A stretch of DNA of 64,000 nucleotides from assembly GCA_017161655.1 (NCBI GenBank), contig JADFCV010000002.1, forward strand, positions 218,778-282,777, given 5' to 3'. Position numbers and translations under genes: made by a program. Positions 1 to 9,818 of the stretch are shown piece after piece. The DNA comes from Candidatus Sumerlaeota bacterium. Lineage in GTDB: Bacteria > Sumerlaeota > Sumerlaeia > Sumerlaeales > Sumerlaeaceae. The notes under the pieces were generated by a model. That model was given only the letters and a program-made list of their open reading frames with translations, made no database searches and had not been told where the DNA came from. Numbering within the stretch: position 1 is the stretch's first letter; each line of letters begins with the position of its first letter.

Positions 1-290
1 CGACGGATTTGCGAAGGAGAAACATAAATGTCGTCCGGACCTGGCAGATAGTTGTAACTTGGCGAGCGCAAAAAACCAAAGCCATCTTGCAAAATTTCCA
101 GGACTCCTTCCCCTCGCAGCACCTCCGGCGGAGCGGTCGGATTTTCTTCCTGAGTTTTCTGCTGTGTCGCCTGCATGATTCGCAAGATCAGGTCTTGCTT
201 CCGCAGGTTTGAGTAGCCTTCGATGTTGAGCTCTTTTGCTATCTTTGTGAGCTCAGGAACAGTCTTTTTTCGTAGTGCTTCGATGTCCAC
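1..290 (-). CDS. rho: Transcription termination factor Rho, N-terminal part (runs off the window start)
   Basis: Not in the ORF track. Manual translation from GTG at 290 (GGAGG SD upstream): MDIEALRKKTVPELTKIAKELNIEGYSNLRKQDLI...GEGVLEILQDGFGFLRSPSYNYLPGPDDIYVSPSQIR, the Rho N-terminal/RNA-binding signature. Confidence 0.97.
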   Translation of the reverse strand, partial: MDIEALRKKTVPELTKIAKELNIEGYSNLRKQDLILRIMQATQQKTQEENPTAPPEVLRGEGVLEILQDGFGFLRSPSYNYLPGPDDIYVSPSQIR

Positions 291-435
291 AATAGGACCC
301 TCCGCAAGTGATGATGATAAGCATTGGGTTGCTTCTGACATCCCCACTGATGCCAAACTTATGCCGCGTTAGCCAACAACCTGAACGGTTTCGTCGCGCT
401 TGCCACGCTCTGAGCCATCAACAAGCGCCCAATCT

Positions 436-1041
436 CTAGTTTTGTTGTGAGCATTGAATTCCTAACTTCTGAAGGATACGACGCACCTGCTCGCGCGTCT
501 CATCCAATGTTCCACTGTTGTTGATGACAAAATCCGCACGCCTAACTTTCTCTTCGTCCGACCACTGGGCCTTCAGTCGGCGGCTGATTTCCGAATCCGT
601 CCACCCGTTGCGGCGCTTCAATCGCTCTCGTCGCACGTGATCTTCGGTCACCACCACGGCAACCTTGTCCACGAGAGATTCCAGACCATTTTCAAGCAGC
701 AGCGGCACCATAAAAACGACGAGTGGCTCGTCGCGATAGGCCTCTAATAAACGAAGCTCCTCTGCTCGAACTCTCGGATGAACAATCCCATTAAGCAACG
801 CGAGCTTCTCCCCATCCGCGAAAACAACTCGCGCCAGCTTCGTGCGATCAATTGTTCCGTCTGCGGCGAGAATTTCGCGGCCAAACTGGGCGACGATATC
901 CGCGTAAGCCGGAGCACCAGGGCGTTGTACCTGGTGGGAAATCTCGTCGGCGTCGACCACCCGTGCACCCGTGAGCTCAACAATCATGTCCGCCACGGTG
1001 CTCTTCCCGCTGCCTACCGTACCAGTTAGACCAAGTATCAC
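436..1041 (-). CDS. coaE: Dephospho-CoA kinase
   Basis: GLTGTVGSGKST P-loop, DAD, IDRTKLA, LNGIVHP, VPLLLE, ADFVINNSG motifs; 201 aa. Confidence 0.95.
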   Translation of the reverse strand: MILGLTGTVGSGKSTVADMIVELTGARVVDADEISHQVQRPGAPAYADIVAQFGREILAADGTIDRTKLARVVFADGEKLALLNGIVHPRVRAEELRLLEAYRDEPLVVFMVPLLLENGLESLVDKVAVVVTEDHVRRERLKRRNGWTDSEISRRLKAQWSDEEKVRRADFVINNSGTLDETREQVRRILQKLGIQCSQQN

Positions 1042-1153
1042 AATCGCTTAAGACCCCTGGGAATGAATCACGGTAAGGCTCAATCGGGTGGATTCGTTTT
1101 TCTTATACCGCACCACTCGTGATATATTTTGGGGCTGTCGCTAACACAGTTCA

Positions 1154-2455
1154 TCACAGCGACTGGCACACGCGCCGTAGTGCTTCAATCGTGTAATCAA
1201 CTTGTTCGCGCTGGAGCACCAGTGGCGGGCAAAAACGAATCGAATGGGCTCCGCAACCGAGAATCAAAACTCCCTCAAAGAACATGCGTTTGACGATCTC
1301 GTTGCGCACCTCTGGAGAGGGACGCCCGGTCGCATCGAGTGCATCAATGCCAATCATCAATCCCAGTCCACGAGGGTTGCCCAAACACCCCACCTCTTGC
1401 GCGAGCTGTTTTAGGCGTTCGATGAGATAACTGCCCACCTCCGTTGCATTCGCCATAAGCGACTCTTCTAACAGGTCCACCGTCGCCAGAGCAGCTGCGC
1501 ATGCCACCGGATTGCCGCCAAAGGTTGAGGCATGCTGACCGGGCTGCCAATTCATGACGTCCGCACGCGCAATTACGGCCCCCAGTGGCAGACCGGAAGC
1601 GATGCCCTTTGCAGTGCAAATGATATCCGGTTCTAACCCGAAGTGCTCACTGGCGAACATCTTGCCTGTTCGTCCCATTCCGCATTGCACTTCGTCAGCG
1701 ACAAGCAAGATCCCGTAGCGCCGGCACATGTCCTGAAGATCGAGCAGCCACTGGCGATCGGGAACAATATAGCCTCCCTCACCCTGAATGGGCTCAACGA
1801 ACACCGCAGCAAAGTTCCCCTCGTCCACCACTCGTTTCACCACATCGCGCTCAATCGATTCCACAGGCTGCTGGTAATTAACGTGGACTACACCGCTCAA
1901 AAAGGGACCAAAATTCCGCCGCTGAATGTTCTTACTAGCAGTCAGAGAAAGCGCTCCCATAGTGCGACCATGAAATGAGCCATAGAAGGCGAGCATCTGA
2001 TGGCCGCGTGTGTGATGGCGCGCTAACTTGATAGCACATTCGATCGATTCAGCGCCAGAGTTTGTGAAAAAAACGCGCTTCGGTCCAGGAATCGGCGCAT
2101 GTGCGGCGAGTCTTTCTGCAAGCTTTACCTGCACTTCATAATAAAAATCTGTCCCACTCATGTGGAGGAACTGCTCAGCTTGCGAGCGGATTGCTTCGAC
2201 TACACGTGGATGGCTGTGGCCTGTGGAACACACTGCAATCCCCGCGGCAAGGTCGAGAAACCTGTTGCCATCAACATCCCACACCACACACCCTTCGCCA
2301 CGTTCCATCACAAAACCATAATCGCGCGTATAGGATGGAGACATGATTGCATGGTCGCGTTCGATCACCGAACGAGCTTTGGGGCCTGGCGGCGTGATTT
2401 TGATCTCCGGCAACAGAGCTGCCTGGGCGCTATTCGAAGCAAGTCCCTTTGTCAT
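1154..2455 (-). CDS. Class III PLP aminotransferase (4-aminobutyrate/acetylornithine aminotransferase family)
   Basis: DVDGNRFLD, NSGAES, FHGRT, EPIQGEGGY, DEVQCGMGRTG, AKGIASG (PLP Lys), STFGGN. Start moved to ATG 2455 (GGAGGG SD). Confidence 0.9.
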   Translation of the reverse strand: MTKGLASNSAQAALLPEIKITPPGPKARSVIERDHAIMSPSYTRDYGFVMERGEGCVVWDVDGNRFLDLAAGIAVCSTGHSHPRVVEAIRSQAEQFLHMSGTDFYYEVQVKLAERLAAHAPIPGPKRVFFTNSGAESIECAIKLARHHTRGHQMLAFYGSFHGRTMGALSLTASKNIQRRNFGPFLSGVVHVNYQQPVESIERDVVKRVVDEGNFAAVFVEPIQGEGGYIVPDRQWLLDLQDMCRRYGILLVADEVQCGMGRTGKMFASEHFGLEPDIICTAKGIASGLPLGAVIARADVMNWQPGQHASTFGGNPVACAAALATVDLLEESLMANATEVGSYLIERLKQLAQEVGCLGNPRGLGLMIGIDALDATGRPSPEVRNEIVKRMFFEGVLILGCGAHSIRFCPPLVLQREQVDYTIEALRRVCQSL

Positions 2456-2538
2456 GATTCCCTCCACAAAAAAGTCAACACGGTGCGAGCCACAGAAGTA
2501 TCTGCTCATACGAAGCGATAAGCGAAACGATACGTTGT

Positions 2539-3675
2539 CTAGAAAAACTTCTCTATTTTTGCACGGCTTTTTAGTTCTACACCCCAACGCAGATAAAGCT
2601 CACGCTGCTTGTAGCGGAGATAGGAACTACGCAAACATCCGGCGTGCTTTTCGCGCACCAGGATCACATGAAAGCCCTGCGGGGTTCTCACAACGTCGCT
2701 CAACTGTCCCGGTGCGAGCGAAAAAGCGACATCATCGAATGCACGAGACATCTTGCCCCGGGTAAGATAGCCCAAATCTCCACATTTCGCCGCAGTTTTG
2801 CGATCTTGGGAGTAGCGCAACGCCAGTTCGCAGAAATCAGCGCCTTGCTTCAGCATCTCATGAACTTTGCGTGCCATGCTCTCTGCTGCCAGAATTGTCT
2901 GTGTCGTCGCGTGTTCGGGTGCTGAGAAAAAAATGTGAGCAGCTCGAATCTCTTCCCCCTTATCAAGAGGGCCTACATGGTTTCTCGCAAATTCAAGAAG
3001 CTCTTGTTCAGTTGGCTCTTTCACCTTCTCAGCCATGGCATCCTCAATGCGCATACCAAGGATCTGCGTACGCGCTAATTCTCGAATGTCTTGCATGGAA
3101 AGCCCATAACGAACCGCGATGTCCTGAACCTTTTCCCCAGGAGGAAGTTCGCGATTCGTTTTCTCAATCGCGGTGTCAATTTCGGATTCGGTCACAACGA
3201 GACCGTGCTCTTTAGCATACTTGTTAATGAGAATTCGCTCAACAAGCTGGTCAAACACCGGTGCAGAAAGGGCACCAAGCAGCCCTAGCTCTTCTTGTTT
3301 TGTCTTGGGAATCGGAAACTGAGTAAATTTCTGCTGGGCACGGGCGAAAGCTAACTCAGCGAGGAAGCGCTTCTCCGTGATGGTTGTTCCTTCAACGATC
3401 GCCACAATTTTTTCGCCACGTTCGTTCTGCGGGCATCGCGACAGATCCAGCGGGGGAAACGCTCCGAGATCGGAGCGGGGAAGACGTTGCTCAGCTTCTT
3501 TCGCGGTCTCACGCGAGGGCACAACAATTTTTCCCTCTGGTAGCGAAGGTGCATTCTTGGCCGCCGTGGCCCTAGCTGAAATAGCCATGGCAAGGAGGGT
3601 CCCCACCAGAATGCCAAGGAGTCGGAAACCCCATCTTGTCGCGCTTGCCTTCCGCATGCTCGCTCTTGTCATCAC
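2539..3675 (-). CDS. Exported parvulin-type peptidyl-prolyl isomerase (PrsA/SurA-like)
   Basis: Signal-like N-terminus, helical SurA-N-like region, PpiC motifs AAHIF, GADFCELALRYSQD, GDLGY, FDDVAFSL, GFHVI. Confidence 0.88.
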   Translation of the reverse strand: MMTRASMRKASATRWGFRLLGILVGTLLAMAISARATAAKNAPSLPEGKIVVPSRETAKEAEQRLPRSDLGAFPPLDLSRCPQNERGEKIVAIVEGTTITEKRFLAELAFARAQQKFTQFPIPKTKQEELGLLGALSAPVFDQLVERILINKYAKEHGLVVTESEIDTAIEKTNRELPPGEKVQDIAVRYGLSMQDIRELARTQILGMRIEDAMAEKVKEPTEQELLEFARNHVGPLDKGEEIRAAHIFFSAPEHATTQTILAAESMARKVHEMLKQGADFCELALRYSQDRKTAAKCGDLGYLTRGKMSRAFDDVAFSLAPGQLSDVVRTPQGFHVILVREKHAGCLRSSYLRYKQRELYLRWGVELKSRAKIEKFF

Positions 3676-3751
3676 TCACCAGACCCGACGTGATATTTCG
3701 ATCCTCTTGCCCCCTGAATAGACCTACTTCAACCCTGTGCTGAACATTTGA

Positions 3752-5560
3752 ATGAAGTCCAAGACTTTTGTCATGCAAGATCACATCGGCGACGCCGCAG
3801 ATCGACATCTTGTTCGGCGTTTGCTAACGTTCCTGAAACCTTACTGGCATTTCATTGCACTCTCCAGTGTCGTCTCGCTTGCCATGGCCGCTTTGCAGCT
3901 CGTTGGCCCATACCTTGTAAAACTCACCATCGATGTCCATATCGCGCGGGCCAATGTTCCGGGAATCGTAAAAATGGCCGCCCTTTACGTAGCTGTTGTC
4001 CTCCTCCTCTTTCTTCTCGAATATACGCAAGGTATCCTCATTGCGTACGTTGGCCAGCTGGGGATGCGTCGGCTCCGTGAAACCCTTTTTGCCCACCTGC
4101 AAAGACTCGATGTCCAATTCTTCGATCGCAATCCGGTGGGACGATTGCTGACCCGTGTGACAAGCGACGTGCAGGCACTGAACGAACTCTTCTCGCAAGG
4201 CGTTATGACCGTGGCTGGCGATGTATTTCTGCTGGGAGCCATTTTCATTTTAATGCTTCGCACGAGCATCCCGCTGACCGTGCTGGTGCTTTTAACGGCC
4301 CCTCTCATCTTTGTCAGCGGTTATCTATTTAGCAAATTTGTCCGCGAGGCTTATCGAGACGTACGTCAACGGCTATCGCAGATGAACGCCTACTTGCAGG
4401 AAACGTTGGGGGGAATTCGCACCGTGATGGCCTACAATGCTCAAGAAAAGAGCTACGATAATTTTCAACGGCTCAACGATGCGTTTCGCGAAGCCAACAT
4501 GCGCACGGTCTTTTGTCACGCGGTGTTCTTGCCTGCAATCGAATTGATTAGTTCTGTCGCACTGGCGCTCATCCTTTGGAAGGGCGGCATCGGAACGATT
4601 GATCAAACGGTAACAATCGGAACAGTTGTCCTCTTTATTCAGTACACGCAACGCCTCTTTCAGCCCATTAAAGACCTGAGCGACAAGTACAACATTTTCC
4701 AGACAGCTATGGCTGCAGCCGAACGGCTGTTTAAGCTCCTGGATACGAAGCCAACGGTAACGTCGCCAGTGCAATCAATACCAGGGAAAAACTTCGAGAG
4801 GGATATTCGTTTCGAAAATGTCTGGTTTGCCTACGACGACGAGGACTGGGTGCTTCAGGATGTCACTTTTACGCTTCGCCGCGGAGAGACACTTGCGATT
4901 GTGGGACCAACTGGCAGCGGAAAAAGCACCATCGTCTCTCTTCTCATGCGCTTTTACGACGTCCAAAAAGGAAGAATTCTCCTCGATGACCGGGACATTC
5001 GCGACATCGCTCTCGAGGATTTGCGGCGTCTCATCGCTCTTGTGAATCAGGACATTTTTCTTTTTTCCGGGACGATTGCAGACAACATCCGGCTGGGGCG
5101 AAACGACATATCGCTCGAGCGCGTGATGGAATGTGCCCGTTACGTCAACGCGGCCAGCTTCATTGAAAAGCTGCCAGGTCAGTACAATTATCAAATCCAC
5201 GAAAGAGGGGTCACGCTCTCCGTTGGACAGAAGCAGCTTCTCGCCCTTGCGAGAGCACTTGCTTTTGATTCACCGATTCTCGTTCTCGATGAAGCTACAG
5301 CAAACATCGACACAGAGACTGAGCGCTTAATCCAAGACGCTCTTAATAAACTGCTTCACAATCGCACCGCACTCATCATCGCCCATCGTCTCTCAACAAT
5401 CCAGAAGGCAAACCGAATCATCGTTCTCCACCATGGCCGCATTCGCGAGGCCGGCACTCACCAAGAGCTTCTCCAGCACGGCGGACTTTATCGGATGCTT
5501 TATGAGCTGCAGTTTGCAAATCATCGCCCGAGTGCCGACGCGTTCGCATCACGAAGTTGA
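3752..5560 (+). CDS. ABC exporter, fused permease + ATPase (MsbA/MdlB-like)
   Basis: Multi-TM N-terminal half, Walker A GPTGSGKST, signature LSVGQKQ, Walker B ILVLDEAT, AHRLST. Confidence 0.93.
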   Translation: MKSKTFVMQDHIGDAADRHLVRRLLTFLKPYWHFIALSSVVSLAMAALQLVGPYLVKLTIDVHIARANVPGIVKMAALYVAVVLLLFLLEYTQGILIAYVGQLGMRRLRETLFAHLQRLDVQFFDRNPVGRLLTRVTSDVQALNELFSQGVMTVAGDVFLLGAIFILMLRTSIPLTVLVLLTAPLIFVSGYLFSKFVREAYRDVRQRLSQMNAYLQETLGGIRTVMAYNAQEKSYDNFQRLNDAFREANMRTVFCHAVFLPAIELISSVALALILWKGGIGTIDQTVTIGTVVLFIQYTQRLFQPIKDLSDKYNIFQTAMAAAERLFKLLDTKPTVTSPVQSIPGKNFERDIRFENVWFAYDDEDWVLQDVTFTLRRGETLAIVGPTGSGKSTIVSLLMRFYDVQKGRILLDDRDIRDIALEDLRRLIALVNQDIFLFSGTIADNIRLGRNDISLERVMECARYVNAASFIEKLPGQYNYQIHERGVTLSVGQKQLLALARALAFDSPILVLDEATANIDTETERLIQDALNKLLHNRTALIIAHRLSTIQKANRIIVLHHGRIREAGTHQELLQHGGLYRMLYELQFANHRPSADAFASRS

Positions 5561-6778
5561 GGCGCCAACCGCCCTTTTGAGTGATTCCTCAAAGATTTCC
5601 AAAGCACACGCACATTGTTCATGGGTCACGATAAGGGGCGGACTCATTCGGACAACGTTTTCTGCCAAAAGCGTTGTCTCAAGCACCAGACCTCGATTTC
5701 GAGCGCCATCTACCACCCGCCGCGCTAGGGCAGCCGATTCTAATTCAATGCCAATCATTAAACCCCTTCCGCGCACCTCTTTGATAACGGGATGGCGCGC
5801 TGCGAGTTCCCGAAGCGACGCCATAAGAAAATTGCCTTGCTTCACGGCATTCGCAAGCAGTTGCTCTTCCTCAATCACCTGCAGACCCGCAAGGCCCGCT
5901 GCGCAGCTCACTGGATGGCCTCCAAACGTTGTGATGTGGCTGAAAGGAGGCTCTGCTGCAAAGCGATACAGGACCTCTCGAGGCGCCATGACCCCTGCGA
6001 GGGGATAGCCCGCACCCAGCGCTTTTGCCACCGTTATAACATCCGGTGTGACTTCGAACAAATCTGCTGCAAACCATGCCTCACCAAGGCGTCCGAATGC
6101 TGTTTGCACCTCATCGAAAATGAGAAGCGCGCCGACTTCTGTGCAGCGGCGCCGCAGTGCCGACAAAAATTCGCGCGAAGGCACCCGAATACCGCCTTCA
6201 CCCTGAACCGGCTCGACAAGGACGCCCGACGTTTTCTCATCGATCAGTGACAGGTCCTCTAAGCAATCGTAACGCAGAAACCGTACCGGAAGCAGAATGG
6301 ACTCATAAGGGCGACGGAAGTCCTCGGAGCCAAAACACGAGGCGGCTCCAACAGTGTCACCATGATAAGCGCCATGAAACGCGCAAAACACACGTCGCTG
6401 TGTCATTTTAGCCGCCAACTTCAGGGCAGCATCGTTGGCTTCTGCACCCGTAGTGAGAAAATAAACACTATCGAGACCCTCTGGCGCAATTTTACTGAGC
6501 TTCGCTGCCAGTGCGATTTGAGGTTCTTGAAGATGCTCGCCGTAAACCATTGTATGAGCGAAGCGTTTTGCTTGCTCTATGACCGCCTCCACCACGCGCG
6601 GATGGCAATGCCCAACATTGGTGACGCTGATTCCGGCTATGAAATCAAGATAGGCCCGTCCCTCTCGGTCGTAAAGATAACAACCTTCAGCTCGTGCGAT
6701 TGGAAACTTTGCCGGGAAGGGTGAAGTTTGCCCGACATATTTCAGAAACAAATCTTCCAGTCTTTCGCTTATCGGCAT
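5549..6778 (-). CDS. Class III PLP aminotransferase (ArgD-like)
   Basis: YLDFIAGI, TGAEAND, YHGDT, EPVQGEGG, DEVQTAFGR, AKALGAG, TTFGGHP. Confidence 0.88.
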   Translation of the reverse strand: MPISERLEDLFLKYVGQTSPFPAKFPIARAEGCYLYDREGRAYLDFIAGISVTNVGHCHPRVVEAVIEQAKRFAHTMVYGEHLQEPQIALAAKLSKIAPEGLDSVYFLTTGAEANDAALKLAAKMTQRRVFCAFHGAYHGDTVGAASCFGSEDFRRPYESILLPVRFLRYDCLEDLSLIDEKTSGVLVEPVQGEGGIRVPSREFLSALRRRCTEVGALLIFDEVQTAFGRLGEAWFAADLFEVTPDVITVAKALGAGYPLAGVMAPREVLYRFAAEPPFSHITTFGGHPVSCAAGLAGLQVIEEEQLLANAVKQGNFLMASLRELAARHPVIKEVRGRGLMIGIELESAALARRVVDGARNRGLVLETTLLAENVVRMSPPLIVTHEQCACALEIFEESLKRAVGASTS

Positions 6779-7074
6779 GGTGTGTGTCGTCCTGAATCAT
6801 CTTTTCCCAACACCGAAGAATGGGAACGCCGGCTACTAACCAACCTCATAGTGCGATTTGAGTTCTTCCCGACAAGAAAATCGTTGCAATTGGAAAGAGA
6901 GATTTTGCGCAATGGTAAGTTGAAGCGACGCACTTCGAGGGGTGCCCCCCACCAAGGGCTCGTCTTCACACACAGCGTGAAGGCAGTGGTGCTAAGCAAA
7001 ATAATTCGAGATTTTTACACGGAGAGCCTCTTCGCTAGAGAAGAAAAACGAGGAGCTATGTAGAATACGAGCCG

Positions 7075-8310
7075 ATGAAGAGTCGCCGAGAGAATCTTAA
7101 AAGCGTAAGACACGGACGTTCCAGGAGACATCGGAGCGAGCCTTCGGAGCGTGCGTGGGTATTTCGTTTGTTTTATTTGCTCGGGACTCTCCTGGCCATC
7201 GCTGCCGTCACTCAGGCTGGCTATCGAGCCCTTCTCGACAGTCCCTATTTCGCATTGCGTGAAATCCGCGTGGTAGGACTCTCTCCGGCTCTCGCTCGTG
7301 ACATTGAAGGTCTCGTGAAAGACTGTATCGGTGTCAATCCGAACACTCTTGCATTAAAAGTTGGCGAGATTCGTCGCCGACTTGCCGAGCATCCTCGTTT
7401 GCGCAATGTAACTGTGGAGGTTGCCTACCCCCATGCCGTTGTTGTCAGCGGGGTAGAACGTACCCCCACAGCAATTCTCAGTGCGGATTCGTTTTATCTC
7501 GTAGCACGCGACGCCGTCGTTATCGAACGGTTGCCTCCCAGCGAGTTGCATCGCTATGAACTACCCTACATCACAGGCATTCCACCGCAAGCCATCGAAG
7601 TTGGTAAGAAAGTTAACTCGGATGGTCTCTTGCGATCTCTTGAAATGCTTGAGCTCCTCCGTGAACGAAATCCGGAACTTTACAGCCGCTTCAGCGAAGT
7701 CAATGTGGCCCAGGATCCTATCTCCGAGCTCGATAATGTCACAGCAAGGTTGCGCGGGGGTATGGAGGTTCGCTTTGGTGAAACAAATCCAGCGGAGAAG
7801 CTTGCACTCCTGGATTATTTTATTCAGCAGCAGCAAAATGCAGGGCATGATCCATTTGCCATGGCTTATGTGGATTTACGTGTTCCGAACCAGATTGTCT
7901 ATCTCGACAAAGTGACGGCGGCGGCCTTACGTGCCGGGAAAACAGATCCCCTCTTAGGTAGCATGGGAACGCAGTCTGCAATCAGAGAGGAAGACTCAAT
8001 GCAAGAAGAACGCTCCAACGCGATCGGCGCCAATCCTGATGGAGAGAAGTCTGCTTCGACTTCAGCCAAGAAACGCAGTGCTGCAAAGACGTCAAAGGAA
8101 CCAGACTCTCGTGCTCAACAAGGTTCTGTCGAAGAAAACAACGAAACTCGTGCCGAAGAGCCCGTGTTCGACGCAAATGAGGAGCCCAACCGTGGCACTC
8201 GACGTCCCTTGTGGCGGCCGCAGTTCCCACTGAAGCTATTTGGACGCAAGTCCCGACAAGTTGAAGAAGCTCCCGTACTGCTTGCCCCGAGCGACCCGGG
8301 CGAGCAATAG
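7075..8310 (+). CDS. ftsQ: Cell division protein FtsQ/DivIB with a long C-terminal extension
   Basis: Basic cytoplasmic N-terminus, single TM, POTRA-like region (SPYFALREIRVVG...HPRLRNVTVEVAYPH...ERTP), YVDLR motif; directly upstream of ftsA. Confidence 0.85.
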   Translation: MKSRRENLKSVRHGRSRRHRSEPSERAWVFRLFYLLGTLLAIAAVTQAGYRALLDSPYFALREIRVVGLSPALARDIEGLVKDCIGVNPNTLALKVGEIRRRLAEHPRLRNVTVEVAYPHAVVVSGVERTPTAILSADSFYLVARDAVVIERLPPSELHRYELPYITGIPPQAIEVGKKVNSDGLLRSLEMLELLRERNPELYSRFSEVNVAQDPISELDNVTARLRGGMEVRFGETNPAEKLALLDYFIQQQQNAGHDPFAMAYVDLRVPNQIVYLDKVTAAALRAGKTDPLLGSMGTQSAIREEDSMQEERSNAIGANPDGEKSASTSAKKRSAAKTSKEPDSRAQQGSVEENNETRAEEPVFDANEEPNRGTRRPLWRPQFPLKLFGRKSRQVEEAPVLLAPSDPGEQ

Positions 8311-8337
8311 CGACTCGTTGAAGGAGATACTTTTGCC

Positions 8338-9618
8338 ATGAGCAAGATCAAAGGGCCTGTGGTCGCGGCTCTCGACATTGGCACGACGGGAATTCGTGCA
8401 CTTCAGGCGATGGGTGTTGGTGACCTACCGACCGCAGTGCGGTTAAAGATTCTCGGACAGGGCTGTGTCCCGTCGCGTGGTGTCAGAGAAGCAAAAGTCG
8501 AGAACCTCGGAGAACTCGTTGAAGCAATTCACGGCGCAGTAGAAAGCTGCAGTGATCGATCCCGTATTAAGTTCAAGCGCGTCACACTTGGAATTGCCGG
8601 CAACTACACGCAGAGCCGTAACATTTCGGGGGAAATTCCGATCAAGTACTCACGCGCTATTTGCGAACGCGACATAGATCGCGTGGTCAGAGAAACCTTT
8701 GAAAATAACTTTCCCTTGAGCGCCGCTTATGTGCCGATAAACTATTTTATCCGCGGTTACAGGCTTGACGATGATTATGTCTCGGACCCACTCGGTATGC
8801 GAGGAAGCTCGCTTGGTGTGGATATCCACGTAGTCTATGTCCACTACGATAAATTAGAGAACCTTAAAAGAGCTGTCCAAAAAGCAGGTCTCATCGTAGA
8901 GCGAGTGGTCATCCAGAGCTTTGCATCTTCGCTAGCTGTGCTCGACGAGGAACAAAGGCAAGCCAGCACGATTGTCCTCGATATCGGAGGGGGCACAACA
9001 GACATCGCTGTTTTCTATAAAGGACAACCTGTCTTTACCGGTGCTTATCCTTACGCCGGAGAGATTATCACAAGCGATATCGCCAAGGTTTTCAACATCG
9101 GACTCAAAGAGGCCGAGAAACTTAAGTGCGAATGTGACCTGACTCATCTCGGCTCCCCATTCACCACTCTCCCAATCGGCAAGAACATTTACTCGAAGAA
9201 GGAGGCAGAAGCAGAGCAGCCAGACATCGTGGGAGTCATCGAAGCGCGAATCGAAGAGATCTTTACAGATATTCGAAGCATGCTTGAGAAAGAAGATGTT
9301 TTTTCACGCTACGCGCCAAGTGGGCTTGTCATTACCGGAGGTGGAGCTTCACTAAAAGGGATTGTAAAGAAAGCCCAGGCGATTTTTGAGCGCAGTCACG
9401 GAATTGGACATTTCGATGTTGTTGTTGGTCGGCCAACCCACCGAGTTGTTACGTCAGGATTGCAAGTCCACGACGATCCATCACTTTCGACTGTCATTGG
9501 ACTGGCCCTTTGCAGGCTTACGGGGGAACCATTTTCTGGAGGTATTCCAAGACGAAATAGTTGGTTGCACAACGTCGTAAGCTTCTGGAAGCGAATGTGG
9601 GCTAGCGACAGATTCTAG
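8338..9618 (+). CDS. ftsA: Cell division protein FtsA
   Basis: Actin-fold motifs LDIGTT, DIGGGTTD, ITGGGASL; DPLGMRG; EAEKLK; C-terminal amphipathic helix WLHNVVSFWKRMW. Confidence 0.93.
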   Translation: MSKIKGPVVAALDIGTTGIRALQAMGVGDLPTAVRLKILGQGCVPSRGVREAKVENLGELVEAIHGAVESCSDRSRIKFKRVTLGIAGNYTQSRNISGEIPIKYSRAICERDIDRVVRETFENNFPLSAAYVPINYFIRGYRLDDDYVSDPLGMRGSSLGVDIHVVYVHYDKLENLKRAVQKAGLIVERVVIQSFASSLAVLDEEQRQASTIVLDIGGGTTDIAVFYKGQPVFTGAYPYAGEIITSDIAKVFNIGLKEAEKLKCECDLTHLGSPFTTLPIGKNIYSKKEAEAEQPDIVGVIEARIEEIFTDIRSMLEKEDVFSRYAPSGLVITGGGASLKGIVKKAQAIFERSHGIGHFDVVVGRPTHRVVTSGLQVHDDPSLSTVIGLALCRLTGEPFSGGIPRRNSWLHNVVSFWKRMWASDRF

Positions 9619-9638
9619 AAATTGCTCGGTGGCATAAA

Positions 9639-9722
9639 TGGTGCGGGCGAGAGGACTTGAACCTCCACTCCTTTCGGAACCGGATCCTAAGTCCGGCGCG
9701 TCTGCCATTCCGCCACGCCCGC
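9639..9722 (-). tRNA. tRNA-Leu (anticodon TAG)
   Basis: GCGGGCG...CGCCCGC-A-CCA acceptor, anticodon arm CCGGA-CTTAGGA-TCCGG, variable arm, GGTTCAAGTCC T-arm. Confidence 0.97.
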
Positions 9723-9818
9723 ACACGTGAGGCATTGCACTGAAACATACTGCCTACAGTTCTTTGCTATTCGAGTTCTTGTTGACCCCTACTGACCACA
9801 AAACTCTGTTAAGAAACC

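Noticed and set aside
9-212. 67-aa + strand ORF
   Set aside because: Antisense to the clear rho reading frame.
1154-6778. Two class III aminotransferases flanking a PPIase and an ABC exporter as a biosynthetic cluster
   Set aside because: Mixed orientations, no scaffold-forming enzyme, and all four belong to common housekeeping families.
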